A DNA stretch of 63,878 bases, the filler included, from Phoronis australis (lineage: Eukaryota; Animalia; Phoronida): NCBI GenBank assembly GCA_002633005.1. It is 5 parts of 5 records of this genome, joined end to end, with 100 filler letters (N's around TTAATTAATTAA, not from the genome) between each part and the next. Parts side by side here need not be neighbours in the genome. Positions count along the whole stretch, not along the records: positions 62,380 to 63,878 come from NMRA01001852.1; 4 more parts are not named here. The stretch is one strand, 5' to 3'. Within the stretch, counting starts at the first letter, position 1; each line of letters opens with the position of its first letter. Under the pieces are notes generated by a model, which was given only the letters and a program-made list of their open reading frames with translations, did not search any database and was not told the DNA's origin. Below, piece by piece: positions 63,845-63,878 of this stretch. The translations under genes and the position numbers were made by a program.

Positions 63845-63878
63845 TTATCCATTTACATTTGGTGTAGTGGTTAAGGTG

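Overview
This is eukaryotic, AT-rich, repeat-rich DNA from a marine invertebrate-type animal genome (GT-AG introns, whirlin gene). The window is not contiguous: four artificial 100-nt linkers (44 N + TTAATTAATTAA + 44 N) split it into five independent contigs (1-27110, 27211-41489, 41590-50717, 50818-62279, 62380-63878). Contig 1 carries a 3'-truncated gene of at least 13 exons for a very large secreted protein (signal peptide, EMI-like, EGF-like, then many FN3/Ig-like repeats), preceded by nested retrotransposon and MITE debris. Contig 2 carries the middle exons of a whirlin (WHRN) orthologue. The rest is transposon-derived: Helentron-type HINEs, hAT, Tc1/mariner and Kolobok non-autonomous elements, and mini/microsatellites. 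The most striking signals are: (i) a complete hammerhead-ribozyme core in a scrambled, non-circularly permuted strand order in the 3' UTR of an RLE-type (HERO-like) retrotransposon (803-893); (ii) a TTAA-flanked Kolobok-like unit with converging THAP and P2X7-C-terminal-like 5' ends, resembling a solo long direct repeat (55034-56006); (iii) a virus-like 2A peptide in front of an APE-type LINE endonuclease (1752-1778). All calls were read by eye; no searches were run.
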